Of a stretch of 64,000 nt of DNA, positions 26,234-38,516 are shown piece after piece. The DNA comes from Eledone cirrhosa (Eukaryota), in assembly GCA_964016885.1 (NCBI GenBank), contig OZ024741.1, forward strand, positions 172,608,001 through 172,672,000. The letters are read 5' to 3'. The notes beneath the pieces were generated by a model. That model worked only from the letters and a program-made list of their open reading frames with translations, was not told the origin of the DNA and made no database searches. Position 1 is the first letter of the stretch. Each line of letters starts with the position of its first letter. Made by a program: the position numbers and the translations under genes.

Positions 26234-29200
26234 AAAACGGCGACCGTTGTGGTCAGTGTCCGATAATCGGACGTGTGTAATTACGGCTTACATGAAGGCA
26301 ACATACCATATATTGGAAAAAGTTGAGCTACATTACGCGGTAAGATTACATACAATAATTCTACATAAATGTTTGAACTGTAAGTATGTTGTAAAACACC
26401 TATTTATATGAACGATACATACACTTATGATATATGAACGATACATACACTTTAACATATAAATGCAACGTTGTTATATTACATTTATAAAGAAATATTA
26501 CATTTATATAAAACACAGTTGTAGAATTAAAAACTAACTGAAAAGAAATATTACTCAAGCTGTGAATAACTTTAAATTTGATTCTGACAGAACTTTGTCG
26601 TAACTTTTAAAGAAGATCATCGACTATTTTGAAAAATAAATACGAAATATTAGTGAATAGACGAACTCATCATGGCAAAAAGTACTAGTCTCCTTCGACC
26701 AAATCGCAATTACAACCGTTGTACACAGTGGACCTACGAGTTTAACAAAGTATTATATGAAGCATACAAACAATCTGAACCCCAAAAGTTCGGTTTTATG
26801 CAAAGGCTAAAAACTTTATGGAACTCCAAACACCCAGAATTAGACTTTTCTCCAAAGCATTTAAATGAACAGGCAAAACGTATCATTAGATGTAAATTGA
26901 TACATCTAACGGAATCGAGTGATACTACAAATACAGCCCTTGTAGACAACCACCCCACCTCCACTGACAGACAAAGAGAATGGCCGGCTAAATCTAACAG
27001 TGAACAGCTCACCAACAATTTTGCTGAAATTCATCCCACTTCCACTGAAGAACAGCGAGAAAGGTCAGCTGACTCTAGTAGTAATTGTCACCACATCAAC
27101 AACGAGGCTGAAATTCATGACTCTACTGAACAAACAGAGCACCAAAAACTTGTGGGCTCCCTACAAGTGATATGGAATGATATGTTTCAAGAGATACACA
27201 GCCTTAATGTGAGTGACAGACCATACAACACTAGAGTCAGTAAAGAACCCACTAAATTGGAATTGGAAGCGGTGAACGAAATAGCTGGCAATTATCTGAA
27301 GGCTATACGATCTAAAGGTGTAGAAACGACATTTGAAACGCTTAATGTTTTGTTATATGTTTCAGCTGTCACATTGCTAGCATATAACACACATCTAAAA
27401 CCACGCAATCAAGATACAAACAGAAAGCCTGAACCAGCGTGGATGCGAAATTTAAAAACCAAAATTTTGTCCCTGAGACGAAGTATCTCACACATCGCAG
27501 TCGTTATGAAATGCAACATAGAGAGCAACTTCACACAACACCAGGAAGACCTAAAGAAAAAGTTAGAGAGAAGATTTGGAGATACAAAATTTAAAACTTT
27601 GAACTCCAAATTACACCAGTTGAAACAACAACTCACAGCTACAACAGAAAGACTAAAATATAAGTCAACAGCACATAAACGACAAGTGCTAAATAGATTG
27701 TTTGCCAGAGATCCTAAATCAGTTTATCGCAGCTTCGGTGGCAAAAGCTCAATCTCTGTAAATGACACCCCTTCAAAAGAACAGGTTGAGAGCTACTGGA
27801 GATCTGTATGGGAAACGGATGACGGATTCAACAGACAAGCTAATTGGCTAAAAGAACTGGAACAGGACTACTGCCAACATGTCCAGACAAAACAATATGA
27901 CATAGATGGGTCAATACTGGAAACAGCTCTACAGAAAATGTCGAATAGGAAATCGCCAGGCCCAGACCTCATTACAGGATACTGGTTGAAGAATTTCACT
28001 TTCTATCGGCAAGATCTCATACGGCTGTTTACAGAAACCATTAAGGGCACACAAGAACTGCCCAGATGGTTATCAACTGCCTCTACTCTCCTCATTCCCA
28101 AAAATAGCCAAACCACCCTTGCTAAAAATTACCGCCCAATTGCCTGCCAAAACATCATGTATAAATTATATACTGGGTGCCTTAACCTGTTCTTACAGGA
28201 TCACTGTGCTACCAACAACATCATAACACCTGAGCAAGCTGGTGGAAAGAGGGAGGTGTGGGGTTGCATAGATCACCTACTAACTAACAAAATGATTCAG
28301 GAAAAAACAACAAAGAATCGCAGAAACATGACTGTCGTGTGGCTGGACTATCAAAAAGCATTTGATAGTGTACCTCATGGGTGGATTGTTAAGGCTTTAC
28401 AGTTAGCTAAAGTCCCACAACCATTGGTAGTTGCAGTTGAACGCCTGACCAAGAACTGGTACACCAGTTTGATCCTTAGAGGTGAGAAGGAGCAGGTTAG
28501 GACTGATAAGATACATTACCAGAAGGGCATCTTTCAGGGTGATAGCTTGTCGGTGCTACTCTTCGTTCTCTCACTGAATCCACTATCTTACCTACTCAGG
28601 AAACAAGGTCGACAAAGAAGTGGGACCAGAAGTATCTCCCATCTTTTCTTTGTTGATGACCTGAAGTTGTATGGGCCAAATATCAATGACATCAAGAAAC
28701 AATTGGACCTCATTACACAATTTTCAACCGACATCAAAATGAAATTTGGTGAGTCCAAGTGTGCATATTTGGCAGTAAAACGTGGAAGAGCTGTGCCCTC
28801 CTCTAGAAATCTAGAGATGAACGGCCTGACAATACAACCTCTGCAGTCAGGTGACAACTACAGATATCTTGGACAGGATGAGAATGTCAGATATGATGGA
28901 CCCATAAATAAGGAGAAAACCAGAACTGAATACCTCAGAAGAGTAAAGAAAATATGGTCATCAGAACTGTCAGCATACAACAAATACATTGCCCACAATA
29001 CTTATGCTGTGCCAATTCTAACGCCAACATTTGGCCTACTGAACTGGTCATTGCAAGAACTAAGTGAGATGGATGTTAGAACTCGAAAACTTCTCAGTGT
29101 TACTGGGAACTTTAACATCAATGGTGATGTGGATAGGCTATACTTCTCACGCAAGGAAGGTGGCCGGGGTCTAAAATCAATATTAACAACATATGAGACC

Positions 29201-30262
29201 CGGATAGTGACACTGAAGCAACACCTTCAACAGAGGAAAAAGGTTGGCAACCATCTTGCCCAGGTTTATGACCATGAAAAAAGAAATATCATTAGAATAG
29301 CGACTGATCTGGAGGAGAGATATGGAATAAAGCCCGATATAAATCTCTCACCCAGAGAAATCGGAAGATCCTATTCAATGTTCAAACAAGAAAAAATAAT
29401 TGACCAATTTACAGAAAAAGTTGTGCATGGATACTTGAGGCGTAAAACACAGACCATAGAGGGGATAAACCACTCAAAAAGCCTGGCATGGAGTTCCGAC
29501 AAGTTTATGACATCACACCTTGAGGGATATCTCTATGCAATACAGGAACAAGAACTCCTTACCAAATATCTGCTGCACAAAAGAGGAGGGCCAGCAGCTG
29601 ACAATAAATGTAGGCTATGTAAAACAAAGATCGAGGATGTAAGCCACATTGTTGCCAGCTGCGAAAGAATGTCATCTCGCTACTACCTCCCCATGAGACA
29701 CGATGGGATAGCTAGAACCATCTGGAACGCACTTCGGAAAACAAAATTAACAACAAACGAGGAAGAATATATTGAGACAGATGGCACTAAGGAATACTGG
29801 TGGAACCTGAAAATAAAAACTGCCACCAGATTAAAGCACAACCGGCCTGATATTGTAGTTTGGGACCACACATTGAAAACGTGTTCTGTTGTGGAGATCA
29901 GCTGCCCACTTGATGTAAACGTTGTCAGAAAAATACAGGAGAAGGAGGACATCTACGGACCATTGATGAGGAGTTTACAAATCCAGTATCCAAGATACAC
30001 CTTTAGCTTCATACCCATCATTATTGGTGCTACGGGTTATATACCAACCCGCTTGGACCAAAGTATGACTGAACTTGGATTTGCGGACAAAAAGCGCAGC
30101 TCCCTAATTCATAGTCTACAAATGGCTGCGATAGCTGGCACCTTCAAAATTTGCAAAACATTCTTGCGATTCAAGGGATGACAATTTCTTTTCTTTTACA
30201 ACCTTGCCACCAGGAAGGTGGCCGGTCAAAAAAATATACTCAAAATTAAGAGAAAGAGAAAA
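26234..30262 (+). mobile_element. Full-length R4/Dong-clade LINE inserted in (CATA)n
   Basis: (CATA)n on both sides (26154-26234 and 30263-30310); about 440-nt 5' UTR, single ORF, about 80-nt 3' UTR. Confidence 0.88.
26672..30181 (+). CDS. Intact 1169-aa RT plus restriction-like endonuclease protein (R4 clade)
   Basis: KSPGPD, NYRPIAC, WLDYQKAFDSV, GIFQGDSLS, HLFFVDDLKL, CRLCx8HxxxxC, RHD, NRPDIVVW...VEISCP. Confidence 0.95.
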   Translation: MAKSTSLLRPNRNYNRCTQWTYEFNKVLYEAYKQSEPQKFGFMQRLKTLWNSKHPELDFSPKHLNEQAKRIIRCKLIHLTESSDTTNTALVDNHPTSTDRQREWPAKSNSEQLTNNFAEIHPTSTEEQRERSADSSSNCHHINNEAEIHDSTEQTEHQKLVGSLQVIWNDMFQEIHSLNVSDRPYNTRVSKEPTKLELEAVNEIAGNYLKAIRSKGVETTFETLNVLLYVSAVTLLAYNTHLKPRNQDTNRKPEPAWMRNLKTKILSLRRSISHIAVVMKCNIESNFTQHQEDLKKKLERRFGDTKFKTLNSKLHQLKQQLTATTERLKYKSTAHKRQVLNRLFARDPKSVYRSFGGKSSISVNDTPSKEQVESYWRSVWETDDGFNRQANWLKELEQDYCQHVQTKQYDIDGSILETALQKMSNRKSPGPDLITGYWLKNFTFYRQDLIRLFTETIKGTQELPRWLSTASTLLIPKNSQTTLAKNYRPIACQNIMYKLYTGCLNLFLQDHCATNNIITPEQAGGKREVWGCIDHLLTNKMIQEKTTKNRRNMTVVWLDYQKAFDSVPHGWIVKALQLAKVPQPLVVAVERLTKNWYTSLILRGEKEQVRTDKIHYQKGIFQGDSLSVLLFVLSLNPLSYLLRKQGRQRSGTRSISHLFFVDDLKLYGPNINDIKKQLDLITQFSTDIKMKFGESKCAYLAVKRGRAVPSSRNLEMNGLTIQPLQSGDNYRYLGQDENVRYDGPINKEKTRTEYLRRVKKIWSSELSAYNKYIAHNTYAVPILTPTFGLLNWSLQELSEMDVRTRKLLSVTGNFNINGDVDRLYFSRKEGGRGLKSILTTYETRIVTLKQHLQQRKKVGNHLAQVYDHEKRNIIRIATDLEERYGIKPDINLSPREIGRSYSMFKQEKIIDQFTEKVVHGYLRRKTQTIEGINHSKSLAWSSDKFMTSHLEGYLYAIQEQELLTKYLLHKRGGPAADNKCRLCKTKIEDVSHIVASCERMSSRYYLPMRHDGIARTIWNALRKTKLTTNEEEYIETDGTKEYWWNLKIKTATRLKHNRPDIVVWDHTLKTCSVVEISCPLDVNVVRKIQEKEDIYGPLMRSLQIQYPRYTFSFIPIIIGATGYIPTRLDQSMTELGFADKKRSSLIHSLQMAAIAGTFKICKTFLRFKG

Positions 30263-30280
30263 CATACATACATACATACA

Positions 30281-30316
<36 letters not shown>

Positions 30317-30322
30317 TACACA

Positions 30323-30935
30323 TAGTGGCTGCCAACTAGTTTTCGAATACGGCCACTACATTATATCCATGTAGGAGATCCCCTACCGATGCGCTGAACG
30401 AGTGAGACTTTTTAGTCCAGCCAGCGACTTGAAAACTCTGGTACAAAAACTACACTTGTGACAATTATTGACACATAGTGCTGGGTCCATGGTACCATGT
30501 GACGACAAGTGCAGAGAGATCTCCAGATATAAAGCAATGCCTGTGCCGTGAAGCTTTTATAGCGAGCAAAGGCACTGCACAAAGCCAGTCCCACTCTCTT
30601 AACCAAGATGATATTTACCAAAAAGAAGAACAAGTCAACATCATTGGATACCATCAGGGTTGCAGGTGTTATATCAGAGTTTTCCTTCTCCTAGAATTCT
30701 GCCTTGACAAAGGCTAAGGGGTCATCTCTCCCGGTGATTTTGGATGGCCATTGACTCTTAAGAGCTCTTTTGCCCTTTGACAGGTTTTGTTTTTAGTCCT
30801 GCAGGATGTCCAAAGTTACCCTCCTCACCAAGAAACCTTGGTGGGGTTGCCAGTTTAGTCGCCAACGACCCGACCATGAGACAGGTTGTACAGGAATACA
30901 TGTTACCAGTAGCACCAACTGGTGACCTGACAAAC
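30323..30935. mobile_element. RTE-5'UTR-like non-autonomous repeat
   Basis: gagttttccttctcctag...caaaggctaa motif recalled from RTE-type elements; partial copy at 26019. Confidence 0.4.
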
Positions 30936-31239
30936 ATACATACATGCATACATTACATTACGTGATAACTTGTTACCTTTAGCTGTTCTGAAGATCTAGA
31001 AATAGAGCGTTGAATATTTAAATCACAATGTAAAAATAACTCAAATTAACTACAGACTAACATTAATGTGATTTACTTTGTTATTGCCATTTCCTTGTTT
31101 CACAGCCTAGCATAAAACGGCCATATGTATACACGTGTGTGTTTGCAGGTGTATATTTTTGTACACTTACATTTGATATGTGAGCTCCATTTGTTATGCT
31201 ATTTTTATTATTTGCCATTATGTTGGAGAAGCAACCTAT

Positions 31240-33666
31240 TATTACGTCACTTAAATCTATCCCTTTTCCGGTTAAAAGGACCTACCTCAAACAACTTATC
31301 CACAGTACAAACTCTTTCATAAGAAGAGCTAGATGGAAAGCATATCATTTTGACAAAGAAACCAGCGATTCTACTACCAACATATACATATAGATTCAAG
31401 ACATATAACCGCCTCCCACTCATAACCTGCTAATTGACTCATTTGAAAGGTATCTTTTTAGAATGATAAAAAACATACGTTTTAAAAAGAAGTCAGCTTA
31501 CAACAATAATTTCCTGAACTCTCTAAATAACACCATCAAAAATATCAGAGACCACAAACATACCCATGTAATGTCTGACAAAACTAAGAACTTGTACTTA
31601 ATGAACATTGATACCTACAATTCTTTTATTCTGAAGGAACTTAACAAAATTTATTAAAAGAAACTAAACTAGCTACCCTTAATGATCTTAATAATAAAGC
31701 TAAAGCTGACCCCCTATAAACCTTTGATCCTAAATTCTCTCTTAAAGACCATAAATGCAATTTTTTACATAGCCCCTCATCTAGACTAATAAGCCCTTCT
31801 ACTTCCAATATTGGTAGAATTAGCAAATGTATTCTAGACCATATCCTACCTAAATTAAAGGATAGAAATTACTATAGACTTTGGCATAATACAGCTCAGG
31901 CAATTGACTGGTTTACTAACATTAATAATAGAAGTCTTAACTTCATAGAATTCGACATTGGTGATTATTATGTCACAATCACCCCTATTTTGTTGAATAA
32001 GACCTTAATATTAACTAAAACTAATACTGAGTTATCTAAGTAAGAAATAGATATTATACTGGATGCTAGAGGCACCGTTATAGAATCCAACGGTAGTTAC
32101 GATAATTTCGACATTGCAATGGGGTCGAATGATTCTGCCCAAGTTACTGACCTTGTAGGCATTTATCTCCTACACAAGTTGAGGGAGGAGTTACCCATGC
32201 TACAAGGAGGTTTATATAGAGACGACGCTCTTTTCACTGTTAGTAATTTTAAGTCCTGTAGGCTAGAACATATTAAGAAATACTTACATAGATTTTTTTA
32301 AAGCTTTGGATTCTCTATTACCATAGAGTCTAACCACAAGGTCGTAAATTTCCTAGATGCCACTTTAGAACTTGATACAGGTCTCTACCGTCCTTATAAA
32401 CGTGGTGAGATCCTAACTTATATTAATAGTCTTTCTAACCCCCACCCATATATTCTTAGATCTATTGTAAAGTCTATATCCAATAGAATGTCTAGACTCT
32501 CTGCGAATGAAGATATATTTAACGAAACAGCTTGGTACTACAATAAGGCTCTTTCTAGATCAAGCTATAATGATAAGATTTATTACCTCCCTACTGTTCT
32601 ATCTACCCATAGTTTGCTTAATAATAATGTAATTGCGCAGAGTCGTCATTCTAGTGATAATAGAAAGAACACGCCTTCATGTAACTGCTACCCACTCCTA
32701 GAAATGAGTTCAAACTTAAATGTAGTAGAAACCCAAAATATCCTAACCAACTAGACTTCTATAATAGTAAAAATTCACACATTTATACGAATAATAGTTT
32801 AAAATATACTCTACATATATCTGTAAACCCTCCTTCTGCCGGAAGTACTCCTCACCGTAAAAAGTCTAGAAATATTTTCTGGTATAATCCTCCCTTCTTC
32901 CGTAGCGTGGCGTCTTTCCTCTCTAAAATGTTCTCCATCATACGCAGTAACTTCCCACCTACTCAAAAGTACTATAGATTATTTAACAAAAATAATGTTA
33001 AAATTTCTTTCTCTACTACCCCTAACCTTGCTGACCATATCACTTTTAGTAACCATAATAAATTAGATAAACATCGAACCCCCCTTAGTGTTAATCTACC
33101 TGTACCATGTGACTCTTTAAATACTAATAGTTCTAACTTAAATAGGTTCTCTATTAACTCCCCTGTCACCTCTCCTTCAAGTGACTTTCTTACTAATTCT
33201 AACACCATACCTACTAACTCCAATGCTTCCAACGTAAGCTGTAATTGTAGAAATCATAATAACTGTCCTCTTGACGGTCAATGTCTAATTAACAACGTAG
33301 TATATATATGCACTGTTAACATCCAAAGTGGTGCTAAAACGTACTTTGGACGTACTATTTAAGACTCGAATTAATTCCCATATTGATTCCTTTAAGGTTA
33401 GAAAATTTTAAAATAACACTTCTTTAGCGAGATATATTAATCAGCTGGTTTGTCTAATACTGAACACCCTTTGATCTGGGACATCCTAGCTAAATTCTCG
33501 CCATATAGTGGTAGCAAGGGGCATTGAGATCTCTGCCTGCTTGACGGAAGCTTTTTTCAGTACTATGTCCAAACCTTGCTCAATTAATGATAGCAATGAA
33601 ATTGTGATTAATTGTCATCATCGACTGGCCTACTCGTTCTCTAACAGTGTTTTAGATCCCGCTTAG
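31240..33666 (+). pseudogene. Decayed PLE, Naiad-like (LYRDD RT, C-terminal GIY-YIG)
   Basis: SLKSIPFP...FIRRARWKAYHF, SDKT, MGSNDSAQVTDLVG, GLYRDD, WYNPPF, CNCR..CPLDGQC, VVY..TYFG, IND..EIVINCHH; many stops. Confidence 0.8.
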
Positions 33667-34714
33667 ATTCTAATAGTTAACATTAGTACTTTTTTTACCT
33701 TTCTTACTCATTCTGCCTACCCTCCTAACCTATTTTCAATTTGATATTTACTCTCTTCACTCTCTAACCACAATAATTATTAATCCCACCTTGTATAATT
33801 ATCTATACACCTCATTCCGACCCCCTAAACCTTCTTAATAGGCAACTTTTATTATATTTTTGTTAAGCCATCCTATTTCTTCCCTTTGGATTTATATTCT
33901 TTTTAAGTTTTGTAGATTATAGGTATCTAAGTATCACACACGTCCCTATTTATCATGAACCTTACCTTCAAAGTCCTTTTCCTTTTCTTTTCCTTCAGTT
34001 ACTTCTCATGTGACATTATATAATCTTGGACGACATTCTCTATAAGGATGCTTTTTTAATTTTGATTTTGATTTTAATTTTAATTTTTATTTCTATCTTT
34101 ATAATTATAAATGATATTCGTTCTGTATCTCCTTTTGCCTTACCTTAACACTTTAACACCCTCTTATCTTCCCCTTTGTATAATTTCTTTACATCTGTGT
34201 TTGACCCCAAATTTAGCTTTTCTCTTTTGACTTAAAACAGACTCTAGATAAACACTTGTCTGTTAATAGACTGACGTGTTATAACCTGATAGACTTAACT
34301 AGAGCATTAAATATGATTAAATAAACATTTCTATTATTCTTTCCTTATCTAACCGCTTATTTTATTATTACTATTTTTATTATTTTTTATTGCATTAGAA
34401 AAAAATATATATTATTTTCTTTAATTAATTTGTCATATTTCCTAGTTTAAGTGATTTTGTACGTTACGTCGTATCACTTCACTACTGATGGTTTATTTCT
34501 ACCGTAAAGAGTAATACCAACACCTTACATCTTTATTTGTAACCTAATTATCTATATACTGCTAAAACTCTGCGATTGCTTGCTTGCTCTTCTGTAATGT
34601 AATACAGCCAAAAGGGCGCATAATGAGAAAATATTTTGAAAGGAAGTTGCCCCTAAAATTGGAATACAAATGGAATAAAAGAAGTTTCAAAACAAAGTGG
34701 GTGAACACCATATT

Positions 34715-35370
34715 GACAAGGAGGAGGCTAGCCCATTCTGTAGGATCTGTGGAGAGAGAGAGGAAACTGTGGCTCACACACCTAGACCAGACTCACTATA
34801 AAGGTTGGAGGTACGATATAATAGGGAATGTGATTCACTGGCACCTATGCAAACTAAATAATATACCACATTCTGAGAAGTGGTATGAGCATAAGCCAAA
34901 GTCGGTGATAGAATATGATCGAGTGAAGGTGCTATGTGATTTCAGGATACAGACAGACAAGAAATTAGGCCTGACCTGATGGTTTGATTAGGAAAAAAAG
35001 ATCGTACTTGATTGTAGATAAGCCTGTCCCTTTGGCACTAGAGTACAAGAAAAGAAGGGAAAAATTAATCAATACCAGGATTTAAAGTGGGAATTAAAAA
35101 GGATTTGGGACTGTCATAAGATCAAAGTCGTCCCGATTGTTATAGGAGTACGAGGTTCTATCTCGAAGAGTTTTTCAAGGATGGTTAAAGAACATTAATC
35201 CAGCACCCCATTTTTGGAATACTTCGAAAGGCATGGTTGCTGAGAACAGCAAGAACCCTCCGATACATCCTGAATATCTAAGGTTGCAGATAGCGGCTTG
35301 ATGTTCATTTGAACAAACTTTCCAGTTAAATAGCATCACTGACTAAGACTCCAAAAAATAAAAATAATAA
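34715..35370 (+). pseudogene. R4/Dong LINE 3' fragment
   Basis: YKGWRYD...WHLCK...KWYEHKP...DFRIQTD, homologous to 19620-19930; simple-repeat tail. Confidence 0.8.
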
Positions 35371-35898
35371 CAATACTACTACTACTACTACTACTACTAC
35401 GAAAATAATAGATGTTGGAGCAGCCTTTATATAAGAAATTCGTTCTTTGATTATCTATTTAATATGCATCAATTTATCAATGAAAAAACAGACTCACAGA
35501 CGTATGTCTAAATATATGTATAATGTATAATTATAGAAATATGATCAGGTGTGCAATGTCAATGCAAAAGGCACAGATAATCAATAAACATGTAGATGCA
35601 AATTGTAGGCAAAATGAAAAAGAAAATTGTATGATTTTACAAATATAATTATGTGCCAAGAATCATAATAGGTCAGAATCATGTACGAACACTCCTCACG
35701 TATGTATACTCATAAATGCAAATACAATTGAAATATAAGGAGCGACATAAAATTATATGTAAGCACAAAGACACATGTACCTCTATCCACCTATTCACAC
35801 AGACATATATATACATATATGTATATATAATCAAGGTTTAGCAAATAAGAAAAAGTTTCAAAATAAATTTCAAAATATTCACTGTACTTACTATGGTT

Positions 35899-35985
35899 AC
35901 CTTTACCGAATCGGTTTCGAGTCTCAAAAATAAATCGATAGTCCTTGCGGGCTTCCATTGAAAAGATAAACTCTCGTCAGAAGGT
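35899..35985 (-). ncRNA. Type I hammerhead ribozyme with canonical core and long stem II
   Basis: Minus: acctt CTGACGA gagttt...agactc GAAA ccgattcgg TA aaggt; all three stems pair. Confidence 0.75.
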
Positions 35986-36273
35986 TCTTTTCACTCGGAG
36001 AATATAAAATTCCCGAGTTCAAATTACGAACTGGCGCTGTTCAAAATTATTCCCGAGATGAGAATGAATGATGTGGAAGCAATTCTGTCCAGTGCCGTGT
36101 GCAAAGATAGAAGGCAGAGGCAGGGAGGTCAATGTACTATGACTATAGATAGCAGTAGTCAAAACGACCAAATTTCATCTCGACCAGGGGGAGATTAATA
36201 ATAATAAAGTATATATCCCTACACGCAAAAAACGAATAGGGACACATATACATACATACATTTACACATACAT

Positions 36274-36341
<68 letters not shown>

Positions 36342-36533
36342 TTACATATACACACATACATACATGTATATATATATATGTATATATATATATACATAAA
36401 TATATATACACATACTTATACACACTCATGTATATACATACACACACATATACACACTCACACACATATATACATATATATATACAATCAATCCACAACC
36501 TATACACATACATATATACATAGATATACACAC

Positions 36534-36594
<61 letters not shown>

Positions 36595-36601
<7 letters not shown>

Positions 36602-36736
36602 ATACTTTGGGAGGGTCATGTTGCCAATAAGAAACACACGCACCAGTTGCTTTCACTTCAATTTATTATATATTTATAAATTTATAAATTTACAAATCTA
36701 CAAACTTATAAATTTCTGGTTGGTTGGTTGGTTCCA
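36595..36736 (-). repeat. Isolated 3' terminus of the PLE at 51928-54980
   Basis: Reverse complement of about 54855-54982. Confidence 0.75.
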
Positions 36737-36790
36737 TATATACATATATATACGTATATATACATATATATATTTATATATACGTATATA

Positions 36791-37671
36791 CGAGGTGTGT
36801 CAGAAAAGTTCCAGGACTGATGTCACAAATGATTTATTTCAAACACAAACTTCACACTTAGAGTTTTCTCCTTCAAAGTAATCCCCCTGGAGTCTAATGC
36901 ACTTTTCCAGCCTTTTCTGCCACGCTTGCATGCACTCCTGGAAGTATTCTTCCGGGATCCTCTGCAGTTCCGTCGTCACGGCCTTTTTAATGTCGTCCAC
37001 GTCTTCAAAACGGGCCCCCTCCCGGTCGTACTCCAAGAACCATGACTCATCACCGGTGATGACTGTCCCTAGTTCGGTTCAGTTTCAAGACGCTCGAGGA
37101 TGTCCTGGTAGACTTGCATGCGTCGACCCTTCTGGTCATCGTTCAGCAGTTTTGGCATCATCTTCACGCAGACTTTCGGCATGTCCAAATCTTCAGTGAG
37201 AACTTCCAGACGCTGTCCCGATTCATGCCCAGCTTATTTGCCATCAGTCGAACAGTCAGCCGATGATCGCTACGCACCATCTGCCTGACGCGCTCAACGT
37301 TGACCTCAGTCCTGGTTGTTGAGGGCCTTCCGCTTCTGGGGTCATCTTGCACCACTCAAAAACACGTGAGTGTGACATCGTCTCATCTTCATACACTTGC
37401 TGCAATAATCCCAGTTCTTCTGACGGAGTTTTCCCCAACTGTACCAGAAACTTCAAGTTTGTTCGTTGCTCCATGCTCATTGCTTGACGATCTGAAACAG
37501 AGGACATGTTTATAAAATTATAAAGAAAAAAGTTTGATCGCTGCAGAGAGCTAAGATTACAGTTACATACTCCAGGGGGGTTACTTTGAAGGAGAAAACT
37601 CTTAGTGTGAAATTTGGGTTTGAAATAAATCTTTTGTGACATCAGTCCTGGAACTTTTCTGACACACCTCG
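36791..37671 (-). mobile_element. Internally deleted mariner (Tc1/mariner) with about 104-bp TIRs and TA target duplication
   Basis: ta|cgaggtgtgtcagaaaagttcc...ggaacttttctgacacacctcg|ta; transposase remnants [36 protein letters not shown]. Confidence 0.92.
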
Positions 37672-37689
37672 TATATATGTATATAAATA

Positions 37690-38452
37690 TATATATTAAT
37701 AAAAGGAATTCCAACTTTGTCTGATTTACTCGTTTTATTTACAATCCTTTAAAATTTATAATGGTATTAGAATGAAATAGTATGGTAGAATATTAAATGT
37801 TAAGTGTTAATTGAACAAGTACTTTCATGTTTCGCAATCTTCAGGTTCACATTCTGTGGTGACGGTCAATATTGCAATTTTCAACTGTAATGAGATGGGT
37901 AAATGTTGTGCCTTATATACAATGAAAAGCGGCTACAGAATGCTAACTTTTGCAAACTGTATTTCGACCAATCGGTGTGTAGTTTCACTGGATTACTAAA
38001 GCTGATTGGTTTAGGCGTCACAGTTGGTTGAGCATGTCTAACGACTACTATTTGACGCTGTCCAAAGCATCAATTGTTTTGCTATTTTTAGAAATGATGA
38101 AAATAGCATTTTCTAGTAATCATCACCATCAACATCACTTTTATTATTATTATTGTTGTTGTTGTAGTTAGTGGTGGTAGTCAACATGGTCGTAGTCATA
38201 GTCATAGTAGGAGTAATAACTCATTATTATTGTTCATTTAGCTTGGGTTGGAATTTATCAATAAAATTCTTTTCTTTGATTTTTCTATTGATTTCACTTG
38301 GGCTGTGTAATTTGTAGAATGGAAATATTATAAATATTCTCTGACCACATGTTGCTAGATGGTTACTCAGGGGTATCTGACGGACATTTGGGTCTCTGAT
38401 TTGCTGTAGGTGCACCCGTGCACGTTCCGATAGTGCATTTCCAGTTTGACCG

Positions 38453-38456
<4 letters not shown>
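37690..38456 (-). pseudogene. 5'-truncated PLE: GIY-YIG C-terminus (38227-38456) plus 3' UTR
   Basis: VGQTGNALSER..HLQQIRD..QIPLSNHLA..IFPFYK..FQPKLN, paralogous to 11539-12564; UTR extent approximate. Confidence 0.75.

Positions 38457-38512
<56 letters not shown>

Positions 38513-38516
<4 letters not shown>

Noticed and set aside
26019-30873. Direct repeats flanking the R4 ORF as possible LTRs
   Set aside because: Clearly diverged from each other, separated from the element by (CATA)n, and the ORF is a non-LTR RLE type
30982-31015. HHR-like ctgaaga tcta gaaa taga upstream of the Naiad-like PLE
   Set aside because: The GAAAC half of the core is missing; too eroded to call
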